64,000 bases of DNA from Bugula neritina (taxonomy: Eukaryota > Animalia > Bryozoa), in assembly GCA_964035545.1 (NCBI GenBank), contig OZ037765.1, forward strand, positions 35,054,080-35,118,079, read 5' to 3'. Position numbers and translations under genes: made by a program. Shown in pieces: positions 13,701-30,723 of the stretch. The notes under the pieces were generated by a model, which was not told the DNA's origin, ran no database searches, and saw only the letters and a list, made by a program, of their open reading frames with translations. How positions within the stretch are numbered: the stretch's first letter is position 1; the number at the start of each line of letters is the position of its first letter.

Positions 13701-16700
13701 CATACACATTACCCATACACTTTACCCATACACATTACCCATACACATTACCCATACACATTGCCCATACACATTACCCATACACTTTACCCATACACAT
13801 TACCCATACACATTACCCATACACATTACCCATACACATTACCCATTCACATTACCCATACACTTTACCCATACACATTACCCATACACATTACCCATAC
13901 ACATTGCCCATACACATTACCCATACACTTTACCCATACACATTACCCATACACATTACCCATACACTTTACCCATACACATTGCCCATACACATTACCC
14001 ATACACTTTACCCATACACATTACCCATACACATTACCCATACACATTACCCATACACTTTACCCATACACATTGCCCATACACATTACCCATACACTTT
14101 ACCCATACACATTACCCATACACTTTACCCATACACATTGCCCATACACATTACCCATACACTTTACCCATACACATTACTCATACACATTACCCATACA
14201 CATTGCCCATACACATTACCCATACACATTGCCCATACCCTTTTCTCATAAAAAAGGTCAATGATTCCTAAAAATCATATAGTTCTAATGATTTTCCGCA
14301 TATTGTTTGAAACTGCAGTTGGGATTTTGCTTTTTTACCAGTCAGCACAATGTTTTGTATATTAAGAAAGATAAGCATGCCTGCTTTTAGTTCTGATTTT
14401 TCTCTGAATTGTTATGCTAATGCAAAAAAACCCATAATTTATGTATTTTTCTAGCTTTTAAATGCAGCAATGATGTGGTTTTTAGAGTAGAGATTATTGC
14501 GGTCCTAATCTCATTTTTATGGGAGACCTTTTTTTCAGGACATAATCAAATGACCAACTCCTGAGCATTTGGCCATCAAACTAATCTACAGCTCTTTCAG
14601 ATACTTCATCTTTTTTCCTAATAAGTTAAAAATATATTGTCAAGTAAGCCAAATAGCTGCTAGACCCTATGACCACTTTTGTCTGTGATATTCTCCAATG
14701 TTACATTCTGCTCATAAGCCTACACCATTCATAGAAAGGATATCTGAGTTGACTGTGCCATCTATCATAACTGAAATACAAGCTCGTAGTAGCAACTCCA
14801 TATGATCTTATAGTTTATGTCTCATTTCATCAGCTTGGTAATCTAGAATAATTTTTTAATGTCAAGAAAAACTATTTTTACCATTATTTTCCATAAGTAG
14901 CTATGTATAGCCAAGTTTTTGTTATAATAATAATGTGTACTACTGTGAAAACTACTGCCCCCCCCCCCCCCCCCATGGCGAAATGAGCAGCTAGTGTGCT
15001 AACCTTCACACTATAGGCTCTACTGGAGCATCACAACCCCACTGTTACAACTAATCTTTATTGCTGGTTGAATTTTAATTTTTCCTATGCTCAATATTTC
15101 TTTGACTTTTGATATTGGCAGCAGGTATATACATTCTCTTACTTAGTGGTACTGAGTGCCTAAATTTAAAGCTTTTAAATCATCCTAGTGATTAATATGG
15201 TATCAGCCAAGAAGAGAATGTGACGCAAGTTAACAATTATCAGTAATAATTCTACCTCCACTGACCCAGGGCGATATCATGAGCAGGTAAGCTTAAACTA
15301 TTATCAGCAAGTTAAAGGTTTGTGTGGGCAGAGCTTAATTGTAGGAGTAGAAAACTTTAAAACTGCATTCAGCTGATTGATGGCCGTATGTTTCTGAATA
15401 TTTTAACATCACAGGATACAACTAGTTCATCCTGCTTATTACAAAACCAAGTCAATGCTAAATGAAACAGCTGTAATACTATTTGTAGATGGGCTGCACC
15501 AGACTATGGAAACCATTGACTGCTAGGAAACATTAAGTGGACCATCAAGTGACTCATTAAGAATGTGGTATAGCAATCCTAAGTCAGGGATGGTGCATAT
15601 GAAGACCACAAGGTGTGCTCATATATGGCTATCTATGCAGTGGGGAGAACTTTAACTAGAAGGACCTGGCTAACATTCTGAACACTAAGTTAAATAAGTC
15701 AATTGAAGAACTAAATTTACATGTGCTATTAAATTGTCTAGCTCTAAAACTGAATAAATTTATTACAAATTTACAATGGAGAGATTATTGGATCCAGCAA
15801 GTTGTTGGGAAGATGGCCAGAACAATGTCTACTAGTTTGCTCTCACCTGTTTGGTAGAGTCGTCAGGTTACAGTCCCTCATAGTCAGCTCTCTCAGTGAT
15901 TGTAAGGATGTGAACATGTAGTCAGGCAGGCCTCCAGATAGCTTATTCCCCGATATATTCAATACTTGAAGATTCTTGAGCAAGGTTATACTGTAACATA
16001 AAACATAGCAGAATACACTGTAATATAACACATAGCAGAATACACTGTAATATAACACATAGCAGAATACACTGTAATATAACACATAGCAGAATACACT
16101 GTAACATAAAACATAGCAGAATACACTGTAATATAACACCTAGCAGAATATACTGTAATATAACACATAGCAGAATACACTGTAACATAGCACATAGCAG
16201 AATATACTGTAATATAACACATAGCAGAATATACTGTAATATAACACATAGCAGAATATACTGTAATATAACACATAGCAGAATATACTGTAATATAACA
16301 CATAGCAGAATACACTGTAATATAACACATAGCAGAATATACTGTAATATAACACATAGCAGAATATACTGTAATATAACACATAGCAGAATACACTGTA
16401 ATATAACACATAGCAGAATATACTGTAATATAACACATAGCAGAATATACTGTAATATAACACATAGCAGAATACACTGTAATATAACACATAGCAGAAT
16501 ACACTGTAATATAACACATAGCAGAATACACTGTAATATAACACATAGCAGAATATACTGTAATATAACACATAGCCCACTTATGCTCTAGCATAGCATA
16601 CGACAAGATTTTTCAATAATGCAATACTTTAATAAGTGATTGTGTTCAGGAGTTGTGTTAGGAGACCCCATCTCTAAGTAAAAGTGTAGTCACATCAATA

Positions 16701-17131
16701 TAATGTCACTTGTGTTGGTGTAGTAACAGGAGTCACTGAAACTTGTCTAATAACAGTCCAGTGACAGTCTAATAACAGTTCTAGTAACAGTCTAGTAACA
16801 ATCCAATAGCAGTTCTGTAAGCCTAGGGCCGCACTGTGCGTATTTTCGCATGCGAAAATTTAAATTACAAGTAGCAAAGGTGTCCACTGTGCGCGTTGAG
16901 AAAACATTGACACTTGTCGCTCTGCATTCTCAACGCAAGTGTGAATCGTCTTTGTGGTCGTCACCTAACTGGCTGGTAGTTATTTAGCGAGCCCAATTCT
17001 TTTATTTTAGTGCTACATTCCAGTAAATTGCGTTTTATTGAAAGCGAGTGCGATTTAAAAATGACAGCTTTATTTATCACGCATCACTGACGCTACAGTG
17101 GACACCTTGGCTACCTGTGGTTTCAATTTTC

Positions 17132-17216
<85 letters not shown>

Positions 17217-20122
17217 ATCAATTGTAATTACTTAGATGTAGAACTAGACTTGTAATAAATGGTAATAATGTAATAACCTAAATTTGCTTCCCTCTTGTAC
17301 ACTACACAAGTACAAGTAGTGTATCTTCTATCATTCTACTATATTATTACTCTAGTGTTGAGGTTGTAAGAGTGAGTGTAGTGAATGAAATGATCATCTG
17401 TTAAACACACCTGTTTGGTAGAGTCGTCAGTTCACAGCCCTCCATGTGCAGCTCTTTCAGAGATAGTAAGGATGTGAATGTGTTGGAGAACAGGTGGGTA
17501 AATACTCTGTTCCCAGAGATGTTCAGCACAACGAGCTTCCTCAGAAGAGATAGGCTACAAAATACACCTCACCTTATCTAACTGATCATAAGTTGCTACT
17601 ATAGAATATACTATAGAATATACTATAGAATATACTATAGAATATACTATAGAATATACTATAGAATAGAATAGATGGTTTGTATAACATGGAATAATAT
17701 ACATTAATTAATGCAATTATTACTCAGGGAGATGGTTACATACAAGTACACAATTAGTTAAATGTATTGTATGTGTAATAATCCAATAATTCTATTTGTT
17801 TCATTGAAAATAAAAGCCTAGTACAACATGATGCGTAGTTAGTAGTTGCTGCCAGGACTATAACATTCAGTGAGAATAATGTTTATCCTTTGTGATACAG
17901 GGGAAGATAATATTTCTTTACGATTTTAAATACTTAGTTTAGATTAGAATATTGCAGTCTAATATTGAAATGACTAGCAATAGCTGCTGCAGAAAAAAAG
18001 CTAAATGATACTAAGACTAAATTTGGCCAGCAAATAAGGGAATCACTAACCAACCCTCTACCCTGAGCAGTATATTGAGTGCTGCTACTCTCAGCTGAAG
18101 GTATGTTTACTAATGTGCACACAACTCCATGAAGTATATACAGCCACACTGACCTACATAGTGAATAGAAAACTTTGTACCTGTTGAAGTTGGCATTTCT
18201 ACATAAACTTTTCAGTCTCAGATGTGTGAGATGAGGAAAGAGAGTGTTGAGATTTGGGGGAAATTCACCCTCCAGTATGACATGAGTCACTGCATGACGT
18301 CTGCTTATGTCACTGAGCTCTCCTACAGTGTAGGCAGATGTTATATTCCTCACCCAGTTGCGATCGGCTGCATGGACGATGTGCCTGTTGAACCAAACCT
18401 TGTACCTCCCTACAGTTTATATAAGACAAAGTATACCCCAGTGTAGACCTACTAATGCAGGCTAGTGACTTGGAGCTACCCATGGTATTGTCCCATCACG
18501 CAGACAAGTATAATGGTCTAGGTATTCTAGGGTCACACATGTGTTCAATTCACAAGAGATTCCCATTTAATCTAATTTAACTAGTTTATATTTAATCATG
18601 AGCACCTATAAGATGGGCTGGGTGGTACACCTAGCAGGTAAAATTTTCCCTGGAAATAGGCATAAAACATAAATGTTTATAGTATCGGAAAATTATTAGT
18701 TGGTGAAACATTCATGTGTATTTTATTCTAGAACTTGTCAGAGCTAGACTGTAGTTTTCTCCATGTTTTACTCAGTTTACATTATCAACAGGAATATTAT
18801 TAAACTACTGCTGAGCCAAGAGGCATTGTTTTTCATTTAGTAAATAAGTTACATTAGCTGCACGAACTCCGAACTCTGTGTTGCAACATGTTTTTGTCAG
18901 TAAGAGATATTTGGTGCAAGTTGATGATTACCAAACAGTTTGAATGAGGAAACAAGATGTGAAGTGATGGCCACACAGTTCCTACTAGCACAGCACTGAA
19001 CACTGAATATTACAGCTTTTAACTTACTATATTTAGACTGGGTTATACACCAACCTATAACACAATGATTCCATTAGTTTTGGTATACATTCTATATAGT
19101 ATATACTGTATAGTATGTACTGTATAGTATATACTATATAGTATAATATACTATATATAGGGACTTCTTGTAGATAAGAATTGGTTCACTGACTCCACGA
19201 AGATGGCATATAAATAATATCATAAACATACAAATTACTACTTGATAATATCCGGATTCGTGACACTTGAGAGGTCAATGAATCAGGAGAAGGCAAAGGT
19301 CATCCCTTAGCTCAATGACCTTTGCATCAACTCTGATTGTTTTTCTTGGTAATGCGGTGGAAATGTTTCACTGTGTTATGAATATACAGGAAATAGAAAC
19401 AGTGATGACTTGTGGCTCTTGACCTAAATTTTCACAGTTAGCTGAGAAAATGGAGTATTTTTGAGAAGTGAGTTCCATAAAATAGTTCAAAGATTTGAAT
19501 GTATAGTTGGAGTCTGGTAGTGCATATATCTCAATATTTTAGTTCTGACCACTAGAACTCCTTAAATCAGTACTCTTTCAGATTGGGGCCAGTTAAGCAA
19601 TGCTATATGATGTTATAGTCAGATTTTAAGACACCTAAGTCAGGGGTAACACCACGTTGTGTTATATTAGTAGTTGTGTAGATTATAATCTCCAAAGAGT
19701 TATAGTATAAAGATTGTGTACATATATATCTACCATTCTCACAATATTATTCAACATTTGGAAGGTTTTTAAGACCTCCTTCTCCGTACAGTCACTGTTC
19801 AACACTTGCAACACATCCTCAAAGTGTTGATAGAATTAATATTATAACAATTATGGAGTATTACCACTGAAATATATTTACACAACTACTACTAGCTGTT
19901 GTTATATATATTGTCGTTATCAGTAAAATGCGGAGAAATCAGAAATAATTTGCAAACTTAAATGTTCATAGTATAAACATGCAGTTTCCAAAATCTTAGC
20001 TATTCACTGCTTCAGTTTCTATTTATAGAAATTGAATGAAAAACTGAGAACATTGTAATTCACTCACCTCTGGTAGCCGAGAGTTGAGCAGGATGGCCAG
20101 CTACCAACTTACGTTGAGACAT
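1792..20122 (-). CDS. LRR-ROC-COR (MFHAS1-like Roco) / caspase (peptidase C14) fusion protein, ~1401 aa, 13 coding exons
   Basis: Phase-consistent GT-AG exons: 20068-20122, 18181-18409, 17411-17554, 15847-15990, 11939-12082, 8869-10871, 8694-8774, 8224-8414, 7586-7786, 7148-7370, 6026-6550, 5830-5939, 1792-1947 (4206 nt, no internal stop). LRRs of the LxxLxLSxN type. ROC motifs GNTMAGKTS, DMGGQ, THKD. COR motifs LPLVW, LTYMHDCGKVLWY, YIFHKIKEV, ending IPSALIYP. Caspase motifs VYAMSDPVRGRVMIINNERF, RDGS, MSHG, GKPKLIIFHACSG, DDFYVV, RNENYGTWFI, LRKLFFFP. Confidence 0.85.
2080..5650. mobile_element. Giant foldback / non-autonomous DNA element with very long inverted arms, in the last intron of the Roco-caspase gene
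   Basis: TAGACCATGTAAG at 2080 is the reverse complement of CTTACATGGTCTA ending at 5650. Arms 2080-~2690 and ~5040-5650 are near identical. Diverged inverted similarity continues to ~3625 / ~4366. No transposase ORF seen. Confidence 0.85.
6091..6450 (-). repeat. Coding minisatellite, 15 x 24 bp encoding AENV(S/P)PNM, in the caspase inter-subunit linker
   Basis: Lies inside the open exon 6026-6550, between HACSG and the DDFYVV small-subunit motif. Confidence 0.85.
6555..6809. repeat. ~41-bp tandem repeat (about 6 copies) abutting the splice acceptor at 6551
   Basis: caataatacaaagctggtatacttatccacttacacactct units. Confidence 0.9.
11590..11848. repeat. 33-bp intronic minisatellite
   Basis: aactatggacccttttaattctgtagttctttt units. 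Confidence 0.9.
13558..14240. repeat. 13-bp intronic minisatellite (cccatacacatta)
   Basis: Direct tandem copies; source of the spurious HTHYPY ORFs. Confidence 0.95.
15988..16576. repeat. 27-bp minisatellite whose unit contains the splice acceptor of an LRR exon
   Basis: Minus-strand unit ctatgtgttatattacagtgtattctg; the terminal copy provides the TTACAG acceptor of exon 15847-15990. Confidence 0.9.
16824..17132. mobile_element. MITE-like element with ~40-bp imperfect inverted repeats, right end abutting (TA)n
   Basis: cgaaaatttaaattacaagtagcaaaggtgtccactgtgcg (~16853) pairs with cgctacagtggacaccttggctacctgtggtttcaattttcg (to ~17132). Confidence 0.6.
17134..17211. repeat. (TA)n microsatellite
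   Basis: Pure dinucleotide run. Confidence 0.98.
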
Positions 20123-20464
20123 CGTTGTGTTAAGTACAGGCTGCAGACATCAAGAGTAGCTGTAAGAGTTCAGTAATGTAGGCTGGCTGCATTCAACCAT
20201 TCTGATCCGAGTTATGATTACCAGGAAAACTATTATAATAAATACTGTTTATTTGTCTAACTAGATAGCCGTATACCGATGGTAAAGTTATGGCACGTGC
20301 TATATGCAATCAGTTTGAAAAATGTGAGCAAGTAGCAAAAGCCATGGCAATCATTTGGCAGCTATTAGAGAACCCTACAGCGTGCGCATAAACGTGATTC
20401 AATACTCGCGTCTACTGCTACCCTATTGTTATACTCGCACGCTGTATATCTTACTCGTACTAGA

Positions 20465-20790
20465 TTGGTTTAAACTCAACCAATCAGAGATGCAAGATGC
20501 GATGCGTTATCTTTCATCTGTAACTTATATAAATTTCTGCAAGTTTTCTTGCAAAATGCCCGCTTCTAAAATTTAATTGTGCAGTGTTTGGTACGTGCAT
20601 TACTTTTATGATGTTTTAAAGTAATGAGTCGTACGTTAGTTATTCAAAATCATAAATGAAAACAACTGAAAACTGCAATTAGGAGTTGCATGTCTGCAAA
20701 ATATAACATAACCTAGATTCGTATCATAACATCAGCAGAATTTCACGACTCTGATTGGCTGAGTAGTCTAAACACGCTCTGTATTGGTGA
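20465..20790. mobile_element. Diverged relative of the foldback arm core, upstream of the Roco-caspase start codon
   Basis: 20520-20700 (taacttatataaatttctgcaagttttcttgcaaaatgc...) aligns by eye with 2140-2325; bracketed by inverted ccaatcagag / ctctgattgg motifs. Confidence 0.6.
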
Positions 20791-21647
20791 TAACGAGGCA
20801 CTAGTATCGCAAGCTCTTTAATCATGTTTATGAGCTATTTGAGCCCTAGATTTCAATGTTACAGTGTCGTCCTCGTTTTAAACTAGGCAAGCTAGTTAAA
20901 ATGTGACACGAATATAAGCTGTTGCTAGGGACAACTTTTTTATTTTGTTTTTTTTTACAGATAATGTCTCAGTGAGGATATGATTTCAATCAAATGGTTC
21001 TCTAATGCTAAATAGACCTGCTAATAGCTCATATCTGCACATGCTGAATATACATGTGGTACTGTAGAGACGTTACAGAGTCTTGTTTGCTACTGTAACT
21101 AAATGGAAGTTTATTTCACTGCCTTGATAGATACTGGTGATGTGTATACATATAGGCACTACCAGCAGGAGTAATGAATATGGAATACTGTTCCTTATAC
21201 ATATACTGCTATGTTACTTAAACTTGTAGTCACAGACCACAGTCACAAGACCAGGTTTGCAATTCCACTGTGAAAGTCATATTTTCACAAATCAAGTTAA
21301 TGGTGACTGGCTGAATAATAGACAGCAGCAACCTCGCGCTGTTATTAATATATAACATTAACATATAAAAATGTATATAATTTTTACAATCTAGGATACA
21401 TAATATTGCATGGATTTTAACCCTGAAATGGGTTTCTGGTGCACACTTTCCTCTAAGGTACAGCCTGGACTAGTTAATATTCCGTTTAGAAAATGCAAAC
21501 CAAATGAACCATTCAAAAAGCTATATAAATTATAATTATACGCTGATGCAAGATATAAACATGGTGTTATATACTGTTCCAGCGGGAGTAATTTTTATAT
21601 ACAACTTGCAATGTGGTTCATACTTTGTTTTGTATAGCATATGAGTT

Positions 21648-22053
21648 GCAGACCTGTATTGTAGCAGACACCTGTATTATAGCAGACACCTGTATTATAA
21701 CAGACACCTGTATTGTAGCAGACACCTGTATTATAGCAGACACCTGTATTATAACAGACACCTGTATTGTAGCAGACACCTGTATTATAGCAGACACCTG
21801 TATTATAGCAGACACCTGTATTATAGCAGACACCTGTATTGTAACAGACACCTGTATTATAACAGACACCTGTATTGTAGCAGACACCTGTATTGTAGCA
21901 GACACCTGTATTGTAGCAGACACCTGTATTATAACAGACACCTGTATTGTAGCAGACACCTGTATTGTAGCAGACACCTGTATTGTAGCAGACACCTGTA
22001 TTATAGCAGACACCTGTATTATAACAGACACCTGTATTATAGCAGACACCTGT
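21648..22053. repeat. 18-bp minisatellite (gacacctgtatt(a/g)ta(g/a)ca)
   Basis: About 22 tandem copies. Confidence 0.95.
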
Positions 22054-22951
22054 TAGGTGAGATGAATAAAATTACCCCTTGCCTCTGAATACCCACACCT
22101 TGCTAGAGGTGACAACTAGGGGCTATTACCCACAGTGACCTTGATAGGTTATCACAAATACTTTTATTTGCTATCAATATAACAATAATTCACAATCAAC
22201 TCAAGACATGGTGGTATACTAAGGATGGTGAACTGCTAATCTTATATTATTCAAATTTAATCATTTTTATTCGTGATAAAATATTCATTACTTCTTGCAA
22301 ACCTTTTGAAAATAAAATATTTTAGTTTACATTTGAGAAAGATGTTTAGAGAAACTAAAAAAGGCTGAAAGGTTAAAATTACTTTATTTCCCGAGCAAAA
22401 GAAATGTTAAACTAGTATAGGATATGAATAATAATGAAAGATTTAGGATGAAATAACTGACTGGCACGTCATTATGATAAGACAAGCCCAACAAGATGTA
22501 CCAAACAGCGCCGGGGAGAGAGAGTTCCATTCTGTGAAATGGAATGTAGAGTAGAAATATATTTAGTCGTAAGATTAGTACACAAATGAAGAATTCACAA
22601 CTAGCTATGATGTAATATCAGATATTGCTCGGGTATACACTTAGTAAGCACAAAAATAATATAAATTACATAGAAAGTACATTAGGGCTATGGTGATAAA
22701 TAGAGCTCATTGCGAGCTCGGTTATAAGAGACAGGAAACGGCATGCTGTGCCAAGTGGGCGGTTCTTAATTCACAGCCGGGAGAATAGTGTTTAATTTCT
22801 GCTTTTACCACAAGAACATACTAGTTTACCGCAAGAACATAAAATAGAGTTTCAATTATTTATTTTCACTATTCAAACACGTCTACAGAACCGCTGCCAG
22901 CTGCTGAGAGTCAGCCTGCCGATGTTTTATATGATTTCCTATCCACATTGT

Positions 22952-27158
<4,207 letters not shown>

Positions 27159-29189
27159 TTTATTTTCCCTTCACACTCTTGATAATTATGCTTAATTCCA
27201 GAAGACAAAAATAACAGAGATTATAAAAACGAAGTCGACAACGTATAGAATACAGAAAACATAAACCTAGTCCTACGGCTTTAGAATTCTAAACCGGATG
27301 TTTCCTATTTCAAGCTCTTTGGTAGTAGAAAATCCTGAAAAGTTGTCTAAACATTGATGTCTAAGTAAATGGTGTCGACAGTATTGTTATTTTGTTGAAG
27401 AGATTAATTACACTTGCGCATTATCAATAGATAGCAGGTAGCATATATAGTTAGTTACCTGTAATAGTATTAAACAATACACCAAAGGCACACGATTATG
27501 CCAATCTGACAAAATCATGTTGAAAATAAAAAATAATATCAAATTCAACTTGATAAATTATTAATTATTACTATTACCATTACAGTACTACTATTACTAT
27601 TAGTATTAGTAATTACTAATTCAGTAATTAGTAATTACTATTACGTATTATTACTACTAATACTTACTTGACTTACTTGAAGATGCAATCACGTTAGACC
27701 ACTAGATTAGTGTAAGCGACGTGCCTCGTTTGGTGAACAGAATTATTAAATGTAGTTAATACTTTTATCGCATAAGTGCAGTTCTGTTTTAAGACTTTGG
27801 TGCCAGTACAGGGCCTTATGAGTCCTGTCTGTGAGCAGCATTTGATGTTATTTTCATATCACGTATTGTTCTGGGTAGGAAGCTGGCATGAAATAGTATT
27901 AGTTTTAGTATTACTGATAGTAATGCTTATACTAAATAACTATAGTATTAGTATTACTATAGTAATAGTATTACTATTACTATTAGTATAAGTATTACAC
28001 TATTAGTATTACTATTAGTATTAGTATTACTATTACTATTAGTATTACTATTTGAGTATTCCACCAGTCAGTATTACTGTCAGTGGGACCTAGACCGATT
28101 ATGAGAGTAATCATTATCATTATGATTATCACTATCAGTCTAGCTTCAGCCTGATTTTCTCAAAAATACGATAAATTGAACCTCAAGTAATTGTGATTAT
28201 TTTCTAAGTGATAGTGATAGTGATGCCAACAAATAATTGACACATATTTATACTAACTGACCATATTCATACTAAGAGTAAATCTTAGTCTTACTCTTAG
28301 TCTTACTCATAGCTTTAGGCTTCAAGCTATGCCCATAGGCTGCGGGCATATGCCATAGTGATAATCATGGTGGTGCTCATGCTGGGCTTAAATTGGTAAT
28401 AATTATACTATTTATGATATAAAAAACTAAATAATGCTGCTGTTAGATTTACTATTTCTATCAGTATCAGCATTAAATTCAATTGTGTAAATTGTAGTTA
28501 CTCACTGATAATTGTAATTTTACCACTTTTAGCGGTATTTAGTTTTACTTGAGTAAATGTAAAACTAAATCAAAATGACTAGTTGCCCCTAAGGATAGTG
28601 AACTTTGGCTTATGCTTACTGGTTCAGACTTTGTAATTGACAACAATGACAGTGCTACTGATGCTTGTTGTTTATGAAATTATATAAGTTATATAATAAT
28701 TATCATACGATATTTAAGTTGAATGCATATTCATATTCTCAGATGGTAACTGTGCCAAAGCTACTACTAGTACTTCAGAATAGAAAAAAAATTAACTTTT
28801 TGATATCTAATAGCTGACTAATGCTTTTACAGTTTACTATTAGTTTCATTCTTTCTTCTCAGTGTTTATTCACTTTGCCAATCACTTGAATTCAACAATA
28901 CCTCCTGCATACAAAATCTCTGCATAAAACTCACTTATTGGTGCATATCTTTGTTTCATATATTGACTAATTAATTTCAACTTAATTAATTTTAGATATT
29001 GTTAAAATGGAACTAGGCCCTGTTTGGTTGTAGTTTCAGTGCCTATCACCAAAATTACAATTAATAATAAATATGTGTGCGTATTTTTAAAGAAATTTTT
29101 TTATAGGCATTTTATCAACAAAACGTTGAGTGAACTTGTAAAATAAACTTTACTGCTTAAGGTTTTTATTTTAGCATCAAGTTTACAAA

Positions 29190-29437
29190 CTATGTTCTAC
29201 ACTTCTATGTTCTACAGTTCTATGTTCTACAGTCTATGTTCTACACTTCTATGTCCTACAGTCTATGTTCTACAGTTCTATGTTCTACAGTTCTATGTTC
29301 TACAGTCTATGTTCTACAGTTCTATGTTCTACACTTCTATGTTCTACAGTTCTATGTCCTACAGTCTATGTTCTACACTTCTATGTCCTACAGTCTATGC
29401 TCTACAGTTCTATGTTCTACAGTTCTATGTTCTACAG
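29190..29437 (+). repeat. 14-15 bp minisatellite copying a splice acceptor (ctatgttctacag) in the ELP5 5' UTR intron
   Basis: The last unit ends TTCTACAG|GTCTAGG, just upstream of the ATG at 29464. Confidence 0.85.
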
Positions 29438-29463
29438 GTCTAGGGTCTATCGAGAAACAAGTC

Positions 29464-30723
29464 ATGCTTGAAGACTTAATCAACAACTTGAGGTGTGAGT
29501 CCTCTCTACTTATCAAAGACTCTTTGAGGAAAAGTGGGGCGTGTCTTATAAAGTCGTTGACCAATCAGGCTTTGAGTCAACAGAAACCTCTCCTTTATAT
29601 AAACACAGAACCTCTATTCGGCAACAGACATAGCCTTGGCTCTCTAGGAGTCCAGAATGTCGACGTGTTTGGCCAGTATGACTCGCTAAAGGAGAGAATT
29701 ATGAGCAGCGTCAGCTCTGCTAACACCGTTCTGGTCTTTCCTTCCATCTCGCTTCTCCTTCTCAGCTACTCTGTTGGGCGCTTTGCCAAGCTGTTACGGG
29801 CACTTCGGGAAAGTGATAGGGTCAACTCTGTTATAGCGCTGATGCACACAGATGTTGTATTGAATGAAGAGGTCGTGGACAGGCTAGACTACTTTTTTAG
29901 TTCAATAATTCACGTTCTACCGCCCGAATCTGAACTCTCTGTGTACTACGCTCAAGTGAAATGTTTGAGACGCAAATCTAACGGTAAACTGGAAACTTCC
30001 GAGGAATATTTTACACTGGATGACTCATGCAGTTTGAAGCTGGTCCACTCGTCGTCTTCTGCAGTAGTGAGGTCGTACACTCAGTCTCAGTCTGGTGATG
30101 TTGTCTCTAGCCTCACTTTCAACCTGTCCCTCAGTGATAAAGAGCGAGAGGCTAAGAATAGACTCCATCTTCCCTATCTCAAGAAAGACTCGGAGAAACA
30201 GGCACTGCTTTCACAGACCCACAATGGAAGGTAATAACAGCTTCAGCCACTACATAGCACTACATAGCACTACATAGCACTACATAGTACTACATAGCAC
30301 TGCATAGCACTACATAGTACTACATAGCACTACATAGCACTGCATAGCACTGCATAGCACTACATAGCACTACATAGCACTACATAGCACTACATAGCAC
30401 TACATAGCACTACATAGCACTACATAGCACTACATAGCACTACATAGCACTATATACTCAACATAGTACTATATTCTCAACATATCGGTGATAGTTTGGT
30501 CACCAAGAGAGATAACTCTCATAATTTCTTCTTTTTTGTCTGATATAAAAATTAGTCAATAATTTCTTGTAACTTCATTTTCTCTAATTTCAGTTCTGGA
30601 CGGCCATTAATTTCTATCGGTGATGAGTCATCGCAGACAAACCCCGGAGGGAAGATTTACTATCACTACGACGAGGCCGATGACTTTGATGATGAAGACC
30701 CTGATGACGATTTAGATATTTGA
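29464..30723 (+). CDS. ELP5: Elongator complex protein 5, 2 coding exons, ~298 aa
   Basis: Exons 29464-30230 and 30594-30723. Signature LTFNLSLSDKEREAKNRLHLPY and C-terminal GKIYYHYDEADDFDDEDPDDDLDI*. Confidence 0.92.
30248..30452. repeat. 10-bp repeat (tacatagcac) in the ELP5 intron
   Basis: About 20 copies. Confidence 0.95.

Noticed and set aside
13449-14271. Long His/Thr/Tyr/Pro ORFs in three frames
   Set aside because: Translation of a 13-bp intronic minisatellite. The same applies to ORFs at 11589-11922, 15943-16606, 21613-22056, 25361-25690, 44797-45066, 46021-46965 and 57198-57668.
12150-14930. Possible decayed DNA transposase in the LRR intron (minus-strand SVMIDGTV fragment near 14750-14780)
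   Set aside because: Multiple stops, no continuous frame, and no TIR or TSD identified; too weak to call without tBLASTx.
29236-29463. N-terminal extension of ELP5 (MFYTSMSYSLCSTVL...)
   Set aside because: Derived from the acceptor-copying intronic repeat; the ELP5-like sequence begins at the ATG at 29464.
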